From: Candidatus Micrarchaeota archaeon
GTDB taxonomy: Archaea; Micrarchaeota; Micrarchaeia; CABMEP01
Length of the DNA stretch: 64,000 nucleotides
Direction: 5' to 3'
Assembly (NCBI GenBank): GCA_026413625.1
Contig: JAOAKO010000002.1
Coordinates: forward strand, 6,623-70,622
The notes beneath the pieces were generated by a model. It saw nothing but the letters and a program-made list of their open reading frames with translations, ran no database searches and had not been told where the DNA came from. Position 1 is the first letter of the stretch, and every line of letters starts with the position of its first letter. Shown here piece after piece: positions 29,405 to 40,470 of this stretch. Both the position numbers and the translations under genes were made by a program.

Positions 29405-30289
29405 TCAGAACACTGTTTCAGCCGAATCTTTGCCGACAATTACTGTATGCTCAAACTGGGATACTGCGGATTTGCTTACTTCCCTAAGCACAGGATAGGC
29501 GATTAGCGAGCCGTTTCTTACCAGTTCAATCAGCGCTATCTTTTCAGCCCTGCTCGAGGCGTAATGCCTTTCTGCGAAAGGAAGGGTTTTCCTCTCAGAG
29601 AATATTTTCTCAATAAGTCTCCTAGCATCCCTATTTCTTGTCGGCTCTATGCTGTCCGCACTAAATATTTCGCATCTATCCATTTCGCTGACATGGCCAG
29701 CGGCATTTCCGTAAGTCGCAAACGGCTCAATGGCGACAATGTCGCCTTCCTTTAGCTGGACACTTTTTTTCGTTTCGAAATTTGGTATGATCGGATTAGA
29801 ATGTATGATGTAACGCCCCAAGGCATGGCCGGTCAAATTGTCTATCGGCTTAAATCCGTACTTCTTTAAAGTAGTTTCTATTTCTTTTCCGATCTCGGAA
29901 GTGAAAACCCCGTCTTTGATCACTGAAATTGCATTTTCTAAGGCTCTAATGTTCGCGTCCATGAGCTTGCCGTGCTCTCCGCTAAGGTCAAAAGTAGCAG
30001 ATCCGTCCGCAATGAAGCCATCTTTGTGAACACCAATGTCTATCTTGACTAAGTCCTTTTCAGTAAAAACACGTTCATCGTCCACAGATGCGGTGTCGTG
30101 AGCAGTTATTTCATTGACAGAGACGTTTACTGGGAAGGCATACTCACACCCCATCTCCTTCATTTTCATTTCCAAATTTTTGCACAATTCAAGAATAGAA
30201 TCTCCCTCTTTAATCTTGATCGTTTTCCGTATTTCTTTTGCCACCTTGCCCGCTTCGATCGTTTTCTTTATTCTTTCGTCTGTTTCCAT
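29405..30289 (-). CDS. map: methionine aminopeptidase, type 2
   Basis: Pita-bread metal ligands (D..D..H..E..E pattern, HGIG-like), and ~294 aa archaeal MAP2 length. Confidence 0.8.
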   Translation of the reverse strand: METDERIKKTIEAGKVAKEIRKTIKIKEGDSILELCKNLEMKMKEMGCEYAFPVNVSVNEITAHDTASVDDERVFTEKDLVKIDIGVHKDGFIADGSATFDLSGEHGKLMDANIRALENAISVIKDGVFTSEIGKEIETTLKKYGFKPIDNLTGHALGRYIIHSNPIIPNFETKKSVQLKEGDIVAIEPFATYGNAAGHVSEMDRCEIFSADSIEPTRNRDARRLIEKIFSERKTLPFAERHYASSRAEKIALIELVRNGSLIAYPVLREVSKSAVSQFEHTVIVGKDSAETVF

Positions 30290-30308
30290 GCAAACACCTT
30301 CTAAAAAT

Positions 30309-32702
30309 TTACATCCAATCAGAAAGGGAAGACTGCTTGCCCTCGAACTTTATATCTTCCTCGCTGTAACCCAATTCTCCGATTATTTTCATAACTGCTG
30401 GAAGAACCTGATGATTTATGTAGTATTCCGAATCATAGTCCTCCGCGTAATCCAAAAGTTCAGCCTTTTCCGATATAGTCTTTCCTTTTCGGGTTATGAT
30501 ATACCCAATTATCGAGCCGACCTTTATTTCATGGCCTCTTTTTCTAGCCTTCTCAACTGCGGAAAACTCAGGAGAGATGACTTCGTACTCCTCCTTTCTG
30601 AGCTGAGTGTATATAACCAGTTCGTCTTTCGGAACGTTGCCTTCCGCAAGCCTCTTTACAACATCCCTAACTATCTGCAAGGCTTTTTCTTTGCTTCCGT
30701 CAATCAAAATCGCCTCCAGCACTTTCTTTTGCGTCTCACGCGCTATCTTAGACCAGTCCCTTCTGACCAACTCAAATCCCCTTATCTTTATCTTTCCGTC
30801 TTCGCTTACCAGCGCATATTTTTTCTTGGCGCCAGTCTCCTTTTCCTGCTTCTTAGATACAAACACCCCTCTCTTATAAATATTTTCAAGCTCAAGCTCC
30901 ATAGTTTCAGGCAGCCATTCATTGATCTCCTCCATAAAATTCATCGCATCTTGTTCTGTTTTATTGCCCAGTAGGATGAAAATGCTGTCCGTGTCGCTGT
31001 AGAGGACACTAAATCCTTTATTTTCGGCTCTTTTTGCAACCTCCTGGATATAATTTCTCCCGAAAGCAGTTATGGACTCTGCGCACTCGCGGGAATACCA
31101 TCTAGACTTGGGATAGTTGAGCATTCCATATACGGTATTAAGTACGATTTTTAAGGCAGCCACCCTGGCATTCAAAACAGCTATCTCCCCAGAACTTCCT
31201 TTCCTTTGCGCTTCCTTCAGTTCGGATTTTATTTTCTTTCTCAATTCGAGCAAGTGAAGAATCGCAGATGGAACAAGACCCTTTTCCTTTGTGCAAAAAT
31301 AGAATCCGTTCGGGGCTCTGTTTCTTCCAAATTTACACGCTTCATGCCCGCAATTTATAGTATATGGATCTATATTGTGGGAAGTAATTATCGAAGGATA
31401 GAGGCTTCTGAAGTCAAACACCGCGATTCTTTCGTAAATTCCTGGAGAGGGAAGCTTGACATACGCTCCCTGTATGGGTTTGGAAAAATCATGGGCCCAT
31501 GCCGGCTTTTGCGGTATTAAATAGCCTCTTTTATAGCTTTCATCCATAAGCAAAGATTCAACCATCTGCCCGGTTGTAGAACCGCTGATGTTTGGGAGAG
31601 TTATCTTTGTAAGCCTTGCAAGCTCTACCTCAAGCGGATACAACTTTCTAAAAATCTCATGCGCAGCCTTCGCATCCTTTATCGCATATTCAACCAATTC
31701 TTTTCTTTTCCCGTCATCATCCCACATTTGGTATATGGAAAGCATGTCGACTTTCCAATCGCTTCCACCGATCATCTCCTTATAAACTTCCTCGAGGGTG
31801 TGGCGCTCAAGCTTTATCGCCTGTGCAGCAGCAAGGATCCTAACCAAGTAATATATATCCGTATGTACTCTTCCCTCTATTTTTGCATGTGTAGTCATTC
31901 CAATTTTCTTTATTTTAGGTTCGCTTCCGCCTCTTCCGAGCTTCAGCTTAATGCCTAACTCATTTGCCCTCGCCTTAAGATATGGGATGTCGAAGACAGA
32001 AGAATTGTAACCTGCGACTATATCGACATCTTTCTGCTGCAAGATTTCACAGAATTTTTCGATCATTTCCTTTTCGTTTTTAGCATTGGCAACCCCGTCT
32101 ATATCGCTTTCTTTCCAGGTTATCGCCCCCACGCCAAGGTCGTCTGCATAGCTTATGATTATTGCCGGGTCCTCGTCTTCTCTAGGTATTCCGTGCGGAT
32201 TATAAACCTCTATGTCAAACGTCAAAGCGTTAAGCCTATTCACATCGAGCTTTGGTCCGATATCCCTTATAGACTTGACATATCTGCCTTCGTACTCTAT
32301 TTCTACCGTATTCATCGGCCTAAGGCCCTTGTCTATAAGATATCTTTTATTGAATTTTATATCCTTCTCATACACCTTTCCGAATTCGCCAAGCGCTTTT
32401 GCAATCAAAGGTATTTCTTTAGGGTCGGAGCATGTGATCTTCTTTAAAACCTTTTCTTCAGGCCCGATTCTTTTTCTCACTTCTTCGACGCCAATGATTT
32501 CAATTCCATTATAAACTCCTTTTTTGATCTCCTTATCAGTCTCCATATAGAAATAAGGATAGAAGTCCTTGTCGTACATCTTAAACATTTTTTTCCTTTT
32601 CAAAACGAGCCGTATTATGCTTCTGTTGTCTTTTGTAACAACATCTACATCAATGAGTATGGCACTAATTTTCTTCATAGCACTACCTGGAATTAAAGGC
32701 AA
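30309..32702 (-). CDS. polB: family B DNA polymerase
   Basis: Exo I FDIE, Pol motif C LYSDTDSIFI (YxDTDS), and KKKYA motif. 797 aa with no intein. Confidence 0.9.
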   Translation of the reverse strand: MPLIPGSAMKKISAILIDVDVVTKDNRSIIRLVLKRKKMFKMYDKDFYPYFYMETDKEIKKGVYNGIEIIGVEEVRKRIGPEEKVLKKITCSDPKEIPLIAKALGEFGKVYEKDIKFNKRYLIDKGLRPMNTVEIEYEGRYVKSIRDIGPKLDVNRLNALTFDIEVYNPHGIPREDEDPAIIISYADDLGVGAITWKESDIDGVANAKNEKEMIEKFCEILQQKDVDIVAGYNSSVFDIPYLKARANELGIKLKLGRGGSEPKIKKIGMTTHAKIEGRVHTDIYYLVRILAAAQAIKLERHTLEEVYKEMIGGSDWKVDMLSIYQMWDDDGKRKELVEYAIKDAKAAHEIFRKLYPLEVELARLTKITLPNISGSTTGQMVESLLMDESYKRGYLIPQKPAWAHDFSKPIQGAYVKLPSPGIYERIAVFDFRSLYPSIITSHNIDPYTINCGHEACKFGRNRAPNGFYFCTKEKGLVPSAILHLLELRKKIKSELKEAQRKGSSGEIAVLNARVAALKIVLNTVYGMLNYPKSRWYSRECAESITAFGRNYIQEVAKRAENKGFSVLYSDTDSIFILLGNKTEQDAMNFMEEINEWLPETMELELENIYKRGVFVSKKQEKETGAKKKYALVSEDGKIKIRGFELVRRDWSKIARETQKKVLEAILIDGSKEKALQIVRDVVKRLAEGNVPKDELVIYTQLRKEEYEVISPEFSAVEKARKRGHEIKVGSIIGYIITRKGKTISEKAELLDYAEDYDSEYYINHQVLPAVMKIIGELGYSEEDIKFEGKQSSLSDWM

Positions 32703-32721
32703 AATAATTTAAAATAAGAGA

Positions 32722-33225
32722 TTACTTTTTCCTCTTGATAGCGGCAATGTCTCCGAGGGAGAATTGCTCTACCGCCGCCTCTTTGATCTTTCTTCTAGCC
32801 GAGACACGCTTTTCTTGCTTCAATGCGTCGATTTCCTCATTTATCTCATCTATCTCCTTTTTAATCTTGTCCCTTTCGTTTTTCAGTTGGGAGATTTTGC
32901 CTTCCATTTCCTTGAGAACGCCCATTTTCTGCTTCAATTCCCTTATTTTCTTCAGGCGCTCCTCTAAAGAATGTATTTTCTTCGCTATTTCTTTTTCTAC
33001 CTTTAATGGAAGATTCTTAGCAGTAGATATCTTGAAGTCCAGTTGATTTATTTGCTTCATTATTCTTTTCTCTTCGTCAGCCGATCCAAGACCGCTAGTC
33101 TTTCTTATCTTTTCTATCTCGCTGGCTAGCGCCCTTATTTCCTCGCTGATCTTCTTTACGCTTTCAAGCTTTTCCTTTTTTTCTGCTTCTAACTCTTGCA
33201 TTTGTTGGGTAATTGTGTCGTTCAT
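32722..33225 (-). CDS. coiled-coil protein (hypothetical)
   Basis: 167 aa, almost entirely E/K-rich heptad repeats. Confidence 0.4.
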   Translation of the reverse strand: MNDTITQQMQELEAEKKEKLESVKKISEEIRALASEIEKIRKTSGLGSADEEKRIMKQINQLDFKISTAKNLPLKVEKEIAKKIHSLEERLKKIRELKQKMGVLKEMEGKISQLKNERDKIKKEIDEINEEIDALKQEKRVSARRKIKEAAVEQFSLGDIAAIKRKK

Positions 33226-33349
33226 CTATAAAATATGTCTAATTACATTTAAAAAGATTTTTTTGTCAATAATTAGCTTTTTAAAGCATTCTATTCCTTA
33301 AATTTGCAGCTTCAGCTATCTTTTTATAATTTCGTCAGCAATTACCAAT

Positions 33350-35968
33350 ATGGTCGAAGCCCACCATCTACTATCGGTAAATGAAACATTCAGAATATTA
33401 AACACTTCTAAAAAAGGTCTAAGCTCTTCAGAAGCAAAATCAAGACTTTCAAAATACGGATTCAATGAAATCCAGGAAAAGAGAAAGAAATCAGACATTG
33501 AGATTTTTATAGACCAGTTCAGAAGTTTTCTAATTTTAATACTTATAGCAGCCACAATTTTATCTTTTGCATTCGGAGAGTATATAGACGCAGTGCTTAT
33601 CTCTTTAATCATACTGCTTAACGCCTCTTTAGGGTTCATACAGGCAAAAAAAGCCGAAGAGGCGGTTGCTGCATTGAAGAAGCTAACGGTCCCTACAGTC
33701 AAAGTGCTCAGAGACGGAGAAGTAAAAACAGTTTCCTCAAGGGAAATCGTTCCAGGGGATATAGTTATTTTAGATACTGGCGACAGAGTGCCTGCAGATT
33801 GCAGGATAATAAGCCACATAAACCTTAAAGTGGACGAGTCAGTTCTTACCGGAGAATCTGTGCCGATATCAAAGACTTCGGATCAATTGAAGTCGCCTCA
33901 ACCGATCCAAAACCAATCCAATATGGTTTTCATGGGGACTTCGATTGTATACGGGAGATGCGAAGCCGTAGTTGTAACCACCGGAATGAACACTGAATTC
34001 GGAAAGATCGCATTATCAATTCAGCAGGGGGAAGAGATCACTCCACTCCAGAAAAAGCTTGATGACTTCGGAAAATTTATAGGCAAGGTGTTTTTGTTTA
34101 TCTGCGGTGTAGTTTTTGTAATCGGCTTAATTAACGGGATGGAGTTTATTACAATATCGCTTACAGCAATATCATTGGCCGTAGCTGCAGTACCTGAGGG
34201 CCTTTTGGCTTCAATAACCATAGCGCTTTCCCTTGGAGTAAGCACAATGGCGAAGCACAAGGCGATAGTAAGAAAATTAACTGCGGTGGAGGGATTGGGA
34301 AGCGTCACTGTGATATGCACAGATAAGACAGGCACCCTTACTGTGAATGAAATGACAGTCAAAAGAATATGGACAATGGATAAAGAATATTCCCTAACCG
34401 GAGAGGGCTATAAAAAAGATGGGAAAATACTTTTCAGAAACAAGGAAATTAAACAAATCCCCAAAGATTTGGAGTTGACGCTTAAAAGCGGTTTATACTG
34501 CAACAATGCATTTGTAAATGGGGACCCCATAGGGGATCCGACTGAAATCGCACTAATCATTTCAGCCAGGAAAGCAGGATTAGAAGACAAAAGGCCAGAT
34601 GCGGCCAGGCTTGATGAAATTCAGTTTGATTCTGAAAGAAAAATGATGTCGGTCTTATACAAAGAAGATTCAAGAAACACGATATGGGTCAAAGGCGCGA
34701 CAGAAAGGGTGATCAACAGATGCAGATATGTGATGAAGGAAGGCAGGTTAGTAAGATTAACCGACTCATACAAGAAAAAAATATTGGAAAAAGAAAAGGA
34801 ATACGCCTCGTCAAGCTTCAGGGTTCTTGCATTTGCGATGAAATCAACAACCTCCAATAAAATAGTGGAAAACAACCTCGTATTTTTAGGAATGCAAGCC
34901 ATGATAGACCCGCCCAGACCAGAAGTCAAAGACGCAATAGCAACCTGCAAGAAAGCAGGAATAGACGTCATCATGATAACTGGAGACCACAAGGAAACAG
35001 CCATAGCAATAGGTAAAGAGCTGGGAATTTTGAATAACGGATTGGCTATTACGGGAGCAGAATTGGATGCGATGAGCGATTCAGAGCTAAAGGAAAAGAT
35101 TTCCGATGTGAAGGTATTCGCTAGAGTGTCTCCCGAACACAAAGTCAGAATAACAAGAATACTGAAAGAAAAGGGCCATATAGTCGCAATGACTGGAGAC
35201 GGAATAAATGACGCGCCTGCTTTGAAAGCAGCAGATATAGGGGTTGCGATGGGACAGACCGGAACTGATGTTACAAGGGAAGTGGCGGACCTGGTAATTG
35301 CGGATGACAACTTCGCTACAATAGTTAAGGCAGTGGAGCAAGGAAGAGGAATCTACGACAACATCAAAAAGACAGTGGCATTCCTTTTATCTGGAAACAT
35401 TGCTGAAATACTTATAATTTTCCTCGCGGTACTGATAGGCCTGCCCCTTCCTTTGGTCGCAATCCAGATACTGTGGATAAATCTTGTTACAGACGGTCTG
35501 CCCGCACTCGCTTTGGCGGTAGATCCAATCTCCAGAGACGTGATGAACAAAAAGCCAAGAAACCCAAAAGAGGACATAACTTACAATTTGGACATCTATC
35601 TAATACATTATCCCATAATATTGACTTTCTTTTCGCTGCTTGTTTTCATATATTTCCTTCAAACATCGGACAATCTGGCGAAGGCGCAAACAGCCACATT
35701 CACGCTTGTTGTTTTATTTGAAATATTCCAATCATTTGCCTGCCGTTCATTAGATGCGCCAGTAGGAAGAGAGTTTGCAAACAACAAATATCTTTTAATC
35801 GCCGCAGGCGTTGCATTCGTTCTTCAGATGTTCATATTGTATTTCGAGCCAATGCAAATTTTATTTGACACACGACCCCTTACAATTTCAGAATTAATGG
35901 CGCTAATAGGAATTTCGCTAATCGGATTTGCGTACATCGAATTCGCGAAGTATAAGGCGAAAAAATAA
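33350..35968 (+). CDS. cation-transporting P-type ATPase (type II, Ca2+/cation pump-like)
   Basis: DKTGTLT phosphorylation motif, TGES, MTGDGINDAPAL, and 10 predicted TM helices. 872 aa. Confidence 0.9.
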   Translation: MVEAHHLLSVNETFRILNTSKKGLSSSEAKSRLSKYGFNEIQEKRKKSDIEIFIDQFRSFLILILIAATILSFAFGEYIDAVLISLIILLNASLGFIQAKKAEEAVAALKKLTVPTVKVLRDGEVKTVSSREIVPGDIVILDTGDRVPADCRIISHINLKVDESVLTGESVPISKTSDQLKSPQPIQNQSNMVFMGTSIVYGRCEAVVVTTGMNTEFGKIALSIQQGEEITPLQKKLDDFGKFIGKVFLFICGVVFVIGLINGMEFITISLTAISLAVAAVPEGLLASITIALSLGVSTMAKHKAIVRKLTAVEGLGSVTVICTDKTGTLTVNEMTVKRIWTMDKEYSLTGEGYKKDGKILFRNKEIKQIPKDLELTLKSGLYCNNAFVNGDPIGDPTEIALIISARKAGLEDKRPDAARLDEIQFDSERKMMSVLYKEDSRNTIWVKGATERVINRCRYVMKEGRLVRLTDSYKKKILEKEKEYASSSFRVLAFAMKSTTSNKIVENNLVFLGMQAMIDPPRPEVKDAIATCKKAGIDVIMITGDHKETAIAIGKELGILNNGLAITGAELDAMSDSELKEKISDVKVFARVSPEHKVRITRILKEKGHIVAMTGDGINDAPALKAADIGVAMGQTGTDVTREVADLVIADDNFATIVKAVEQGRGIYDNIKKTVAFLLSGNIAEILIIFLAVLIGLPLPLVAIQILWINLVTDGLPALALAVDPISRDVMNKKPRNPKEDITYNLDIYLIHYPIILTFFSLLVFIYFLQTSDNLAKAQTATFTLVVLFEIFQSFACRSLDAPVGREFANNKYLLIAAGVAFVLQMFILYFEPMQILFDTRPLTISELMALIGISLIGFAYIEFAKYKAKK

Positions 35969-35999
35969 AGAAACAAATCACCAGGCATCAAGGACTAAA

Positions 36000-37334
36000 T
36001 TAAAAGCCAAGCCCCTTTCCTTTAAACATTCTTTGCAGATTTCTTTGCATTCCTTTATTTCTCTGCAACTGCTCGTATAATTTCTTCATTTTTCCAAATT
36101 GGCTTATAAATTCTTTAATCGTAGAAGCAGGAATTCCCGAACCTTTCGATATTCTTTCGATTCTCGCCTGGCTTTTTCTTACCAAGTCTGGATTTTTTCT
36201 CTCTGCCTTTGTCATTGAGTTGATGATCGCCTCGTATTGCTCCATTTTTTGCTCTCCCTGTTCAAGAACTTCTTTCGGAACATTTACCATCCCAAGGGTT
36301 TCAAATATTCCTTTGAGCGGACCCATATTCTTTGCAGCTTTAAGCTGCTTATAGAAAGTTTCTATATTGAATTCTTCAGGCATCTCTTCCATTCCTTCCG
36401 GAATTGCCGCCTTCACTTTTTCAATCAAGGCTTCAAAATCAGGGACGCCCAAAATACGTCCAACGAATTTTGAGGGGTTAAACTCCTCAAGGTCCGCTAT
36501 CTTTTCTCCAACGCCTATAAACACTATCTTAACTCCGGCCGCAGCACAGGCAGTAAGCGCACCCCCGCCCTTCCCACTTCCATCCATTTTAGTTATCACA
36601 ACTCCAGTCAGCCCGATAGCACCGTTAAACTCTTCCGCCTGCTTTTTTGCAATCTGCCCTATGTCTGCAGATATTACAAGTATTTTTTCATCTGGTTTCG
36701 CCACTTCATTTATTTCTTTCAGCTCCGATATAAGCTCTTCGTCAAGCGCATCCCTACCGGACGTATCTATAATTATAACATCGTTTTTGAGGGTTTCAAG
36801 CCCTTCTTTTACAACATCTCTCGCCTTTACTCCGGCCCCTTTTCTGCCGTAGAAGTTGCACCCCACTTGCTTCGACAGCTGTTCAAGCTGCTCATACGCC
36901 GCAGGCCTCATCATGTCGGCAGCAATAACACCTACGCTCATCCCACGCTGCTTTAGGTAATAAGCAATTTTTCCTATTTGGGTTGTCTTTCCAGATCCAA
37001 AAAGCCCGCATACCATGATTCTTTGCGGCTTTAGCTCGAGCTTCCTTCCTTCGCCCATTATCTTAGTGAGTTCCTCGTAAACAATCGCATGGATGTGTTC
37101 GCTCATGCTTCGTCCGGCCGGAGGCTTTTCGTTGAGCGCCCTGTTCTCAATTTGCTTTGAAAGCCTATACACCAATTCTATATTTACATCGGACAATATT
37201 AGCGCTCTTTGTATATCCTTGATCATTGATTTTATCGCTGACTCGTCGATTATCGCCTTTCCTGTGATCTTAGCCAATGCTTTTCTTATTCCTTCTCCAA
37301 TGTTCATCTTATCACTCTTCACGGCTGAATCCAT
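36000..37334 (-). CDS. srp54: signal recognition particle protein Srp54
   Basis: N domain, G domain GLFGSGKTT, and a Met-rich M domain. Overlaps endA by 16 nt. Confidence 0.9.
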   Translation of the reverse strand: MDSAVKSDKMNIGEGIRKALAKITGKAIIDESAIKSMIKDIQRALILSDVNIELVYRLSKQIENRALNEKPPAGRSMSEHIHAIVYEELTKIMGEGRKLELKPQRIMVCGLFGSGKTTQIGKIAYYLKQRGMSVGVIAADMMRPAAYEQLEQLSKQVGCNFYGRKGAGVKARDVVKEGLETLKNDVIIIDTSGRDALDEELISELKEINEVAKPDEKILVISADIGQIAKKQAEEFNGAIGLTGVVITKMDGSGKGGGALTACAAAGVKIVFIGVGEKIADLEEFNPSKFVGRILGVPDFEALIEKVKAAIPEGMEEMPEEFNIETFYKQLKAAKNMGPLKGIFETLGMVNVPKEVLEQGEQKMEQYEAIINSMTKAERKNPDLVRKSQARIERISKGSGIPASTIKEFISQFGKMKKLYEQLQRNKGMQRNLQRMFKGKGLGF

Positions 37335-38464
37335 TCTATTTCATAATACTCGTATTTGCTGTTGGGCAATTCTATCCTCTTGACCCTGTAGTAAGTTACC
37401 GACGTTTCCCTATCCACTATTCCAAGCATGACGTCCAATCCGAGCCCCTTTGCCTCCTCTATCGCGCCGGCAAGCTCGTTTCCACCTATCATTTCCTCTT
37501 CGCTCAAGGAAACAAGCGCAAACGAAGGAGTGTCTTTATCCGGAGTCTCTATGTTATTGTTCTTTCTATGGTAAAGAAAGAAGCTTATAAGCCCTTTTTC
37601 AGACTTTGTTTTTTTGCCAGGTATCGCAAGTATAAAAGTTTTCCTAACTCCGTGCGCAACTCTTATCGCCCTGGCCCATTCAGCTATCAACATTCTCTTA
37701 TTCCTTGGAAACACATGGAGTACGTGCTTTGAATGGGTCCAGTCTTTGCCCTTGCCCGGGAGGGCTCCAGGGAAATAGATTCTAAAGTGCGTTCCGAACT
37801 TGAAGCCTGTCTTAACAACAAATCCGTTCATTCTCCAATCTTCATATACGTTGTACATGGATTCGAAGTCCTTGTCTTCGTTCAGGAAACTTTCAAATTC
37901 TTTTTTCGCCATATTGGCGATATTCAGGCCGCAATTCTTGACAAGAAAATACGTCTCGAATTTATCCAATTTAAGAAATTTGCCTCTTCCCTCTGCTTTG
38001 TAAGATCCGTATTGGCCTATCCAATAATTGTAATACAATTCCTTTCCGATTTTTTCATCCTCCAATACTGCCATCATGTCATCTTTGAAAAAGATCGCTT
38101 CCGTATGTATTTTCGGGAATTTGGTTTCCCTGCTGGGATATTTGACAGTCGGATTCTTCTCGTATTTTCCATCCTTTTTGTACGGCTTTATAACCAGTCC
38201 TCTTTCGCGCCAGTCCCTGAATGTCATGTATTCGGCGAACAGCTTGTCCCTGCTGAATCTGCTAGCAAGCTCGGAAAAGCTGACGTTTCTTCCGTTTTCA
38301 GTGCAAACCGCGTTTCTTACTTCGATCAGATACATCGCTTCTTCCGGAGTTAGCACTATCTCTCCTTTTTGCTTTTCACCGTAGTGCGACTTTCTAAGCG
38401 CTTCGTAATCCTCGGGGTTCTTTATTTTCAGAACGTTGTTTTCCATGAAAATAGCGATAGGCAT
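37319..38464 (-). CDS. endA: tRNA-splicing endonuclease (long form with duplicated domain)
   Basis: 381 aa, the size of a two-repeat (alpha2-type) EndA, and a C-terminal catalytic-domain pattern. Its position in an operon with srp54 is not informative. Confidence 0.6.
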   Translation of the reverse strand: MPIAIFMENNVLKIKNPEDYEALRKSHYGEKQKGEIVLTPEEAMYLIEVRNAVCTENGRNVSFSELASRFSRDKLFAEYMTFRDWRERGLVIKPYKKDGKYEKNPTVKYPSRETKFPKIHTEAIFFKDDMMAVLEDEKIGKELYYNYWIGQYGSYKAEGRGKFLKLDKFETYFLVKNCGLNIANMAKKEFESFLNEDKDFESMYNVYEDWRMNGFVVKTGFKFGTHFRIYFPGALPGKGKDWTHSKHVLHVFPRNKRMLIAEWARAIRVAHGVRKTFILAIPGKKTKSEKGLISFFLYHRKNNNIETPDKDTPSFALVSLSEEEMIGGNELAGAIEEAKGLGLDVMLGIVDRETSVTYYRVKRIELPNSKYEYYEIEWIQP

Positions 38465-38514
38465 AATTAATTATACCAGGTTAGCTTTAAATAAGATTCT
38501 TTTAATAGTGTATC

Positions 38515-38985
38515 ATGGCAGGAAAAAGGGAAAAGACCAGAAAGGGAATAAGCGCAGTAATATTCAGAATGAAAGGCAAGGAACCCGAGTTTTTGATACT
38601 GCACAGGATTAAGAGATGGACAGGATGGGAAATGCTTAAGGGGGGGAGGATTGGAAGGGAAAAGCCGCTGAATAATCTGAAGAGAGAGCTTAGGGAAGAG
38701 ATCCACGCAGAGGAATCAAAGATAGGAGCAGTTATAATCTTGCCCTTTAAGCTTAGCTTCAAGACTCCTCCAGAGTACGTTAAGAAATACAAATACACTG
38801 CAATGGAATTTCAGTCTTTTTTAGTGGAGTATAATGGAAAAGTTTCAATAAAGGGAAACAGCGTCTTGGAGCATGATGGTTACGAATGGGTTTCTTTCGA
38901 AAAAGCAGAGAAGATGCTGACACATGATTCAAGCAAAGATCTTCTTAGGAAGGCGTACAAAGTTATTTTAGATATTTTCAGCTAA
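38515..38985 (+). CDS. NUDIX hydrolase
   Basis: Nudix box GGRIGREKPLNNLKRELREEIHAE. Confidence 0.75.
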   Translation: MAGKREKTRKGISAVIFRMKGKEPEFLILHRIKRWTGWEMLKGGRIGREKPLNNLKRELREEIHAEESKIGAVIILPFKLSFKTPPEYVKKYKYTAMEFQSFLVEYNGKVSIKGNSVLEHDGYEWVSFEKAEKMLTHDSSKDLLRKAYKVILDIFS

Positions 38986-38988
38986 TCG

Positions 38989-39393
38989 CTATCTGCAAAC
39001 CACAATCACATTTCTTTCCCTAGGGCCGTCAAATTCGCAGAGCATTATCCCCTGCCAGGTGCCTAAAAGGAGCCTCCCGTCTTTTATAGGTATTGTCACA
39101 GAAGGGCCGATTATAGCCGCCTTAACATGCGCGTCTCCATTCCCGTCGACTTTGTCGTGTCTCCACTTTCCTTTCGGTATAAGTTCGGCTAGGGCCGCCA
39201 TAAAGTCATCGCAGACTGAAGGGTCCCAGTTCTCATTTATTGTCAGGGCGGCAGTTGCATGAGGCACGTAGACAAGACATATCCCTTCCTTCATTTCTTT
39301 TCTTTTCATTTCCTTTTCCACGATTCTTTGCACTTCTTCAGTGATGTTTACCACTTGATTTTTGCCCGCAGTCCGGATAACGATTTCGTCCAT
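38989..39393 (-). CDS. YjbQ/UPF0047 family protein (secondary thiamine-phosphate synthase-like)
   Basis: CLVYVPHATAALTINEN...DAHVKAAIIGPS matches the UPF0047 signature. Confidence 0.75.
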   Translation of the reverse strand: MDEIVIRTAGKNQVVNITEEVQRIVEKEMKRKEMKEGICLVYVPHATAALTINENWDPSVCDDFMAALAELIPKGKWRHDKVDGNGDAHVKAAIIGPSVTIPIKDGRLLLGTWQGIMLCEFDGPRERNVIVVCR

Positions 39394-39474
39394 ATTCCTA
39401 TTTATGAGTTAATTATTTAAACTTCAATAATCTTATGTTTATTACATCCATTAATCTATCGCGGGCGAATTAAT

Positions 39475-40464
39475 ATGATTTCAGAGGAGCTAAAATCATT
39501 GCTCAAAAAGCAAAAATACAGATTTGCAGGCAGCCATTCGCTAGTTAAAATATGCCATTATACGCAGTCTTCGATGACAAAAAATCAATGGTGCTACAAA
39601 AATCAATTTTACGGAATCAAAAGCCACCAATGCCTGCAGTGCACAACAACCCCATTCTGCTTCAATCAATGCATATTCTGCTGGAGGGCGCAGCCAGGGG
39701 AAGTGAATGCAGGCACTGATGACAGCAATGGCATGGAGTGCGACAACCCGGAAGAAATAATAGAAAAAATGCTGGAGGCGCAAAGAAAGCTGCTCTCTGG
39801 AATAGGGGGACACTATAGCGTGAACAGCGAGCTATGGAGAGAAGCGCAAAATCCTAAGCACGTCGCACTGAGCGTGCTTGGAGAACCGATCGCATATCCG
39901 AAACTCAAGGAGCTGCTTTCAGAATTCCATAAGAGGGGAATGAGCACTTTTCTTGTTACAGCCGGAGGGGCGCCAGGCGCGATTAGGAACATGATTAAGG
40001 AGAATTATTTTCCGACCCAGCTTTACATCTCCATGGCAGCGTTTGACGAGGACAGCTTCAATAGGATAATGAGGCCAAAAAACAAAGACGGATGGAAAAG
40101 ATATCTGCAGTCTTTGAAATTGATGAAGGAAGCAGGCAAGCACACCAGAACAGTCGTAAGAATGACGCTCATTAAGGGCTTGAACATGGATTTGGATTAT
40201 GTCAAAGACTATGGAAATCTTATACGGATCGCAGAGCCGCATTACGTTGAAGTCAAGGCATATATGGCTGTAGGTTTTTCAAGAAAAAGAGTCGGGCTCC
40301 AAGGAATGCCGTATATGGAGGAGATAAGAGAATTTGCAGAAAAGCTAGGAAAGGAAATCAACTACATAATGACCGACGAGCACAAGGATTCAAGAGTCGT
40401 CCTGCTATCAAAAGACGAGAACGCAAAGAAAAACAGGTTTATAGATTTCACAAAAATAAGATGA
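39475..40464 (+). CDS. taw1: tRNA 4-demethylwyosine synthase Taw1/TYW1 (radical SAM)
   Basis: Radical-SAM cluster motif CFNQCIFCWR, an additional N-terminal Cys motif, and ~330 aa archaeal Taw1 size. Confidence 0.7.
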   Translation: MISEELKSLLKKQKYRFAGSHSLVKICHYTQSSMTKNQWCYKNQFYGIKSHQCLQCTTTPFCFNQCIFCWRAQPGEVNAGTDDSNGMECDNPEEIIEKMLEAQRKLLSGIGGHYSVNSELWREAQNPKHVALSVLGEPIAYPKLKELLSEFHKRGMSTFLVTAGGAPGAIRNMIKENYFPTQLYISMAAFDEDSFNRIMRPKNKDGWKRYLQSLKLMKEAGKHTRTVVRMTLIKGLNMDLDYVKDYGNLIRIAEPHYVEVKAYMAVGFSRKRVGLQGMPYMEEIREFAEKLGKEINYIMTDEHKDSRVVLLSKDENAKKNRFIDFTKIR

Positions 40465-40470
40465 TCGGAG

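Noticed and set aside
30114-30974. 286 aa plus-strand ORF overlapping map and polB
   Set aside because: Spans two well-supported minus-strand genes in antisense. Hydrophobic low-complexity translation. Spurious.
36367-36852. 161 aa Ser/Pro/Ala-rich ORF on the plus strand
   Set aside because: Antisense to the srp54 G-domain. The low-complexity translation mirrors the GC-richer codons of srp54.
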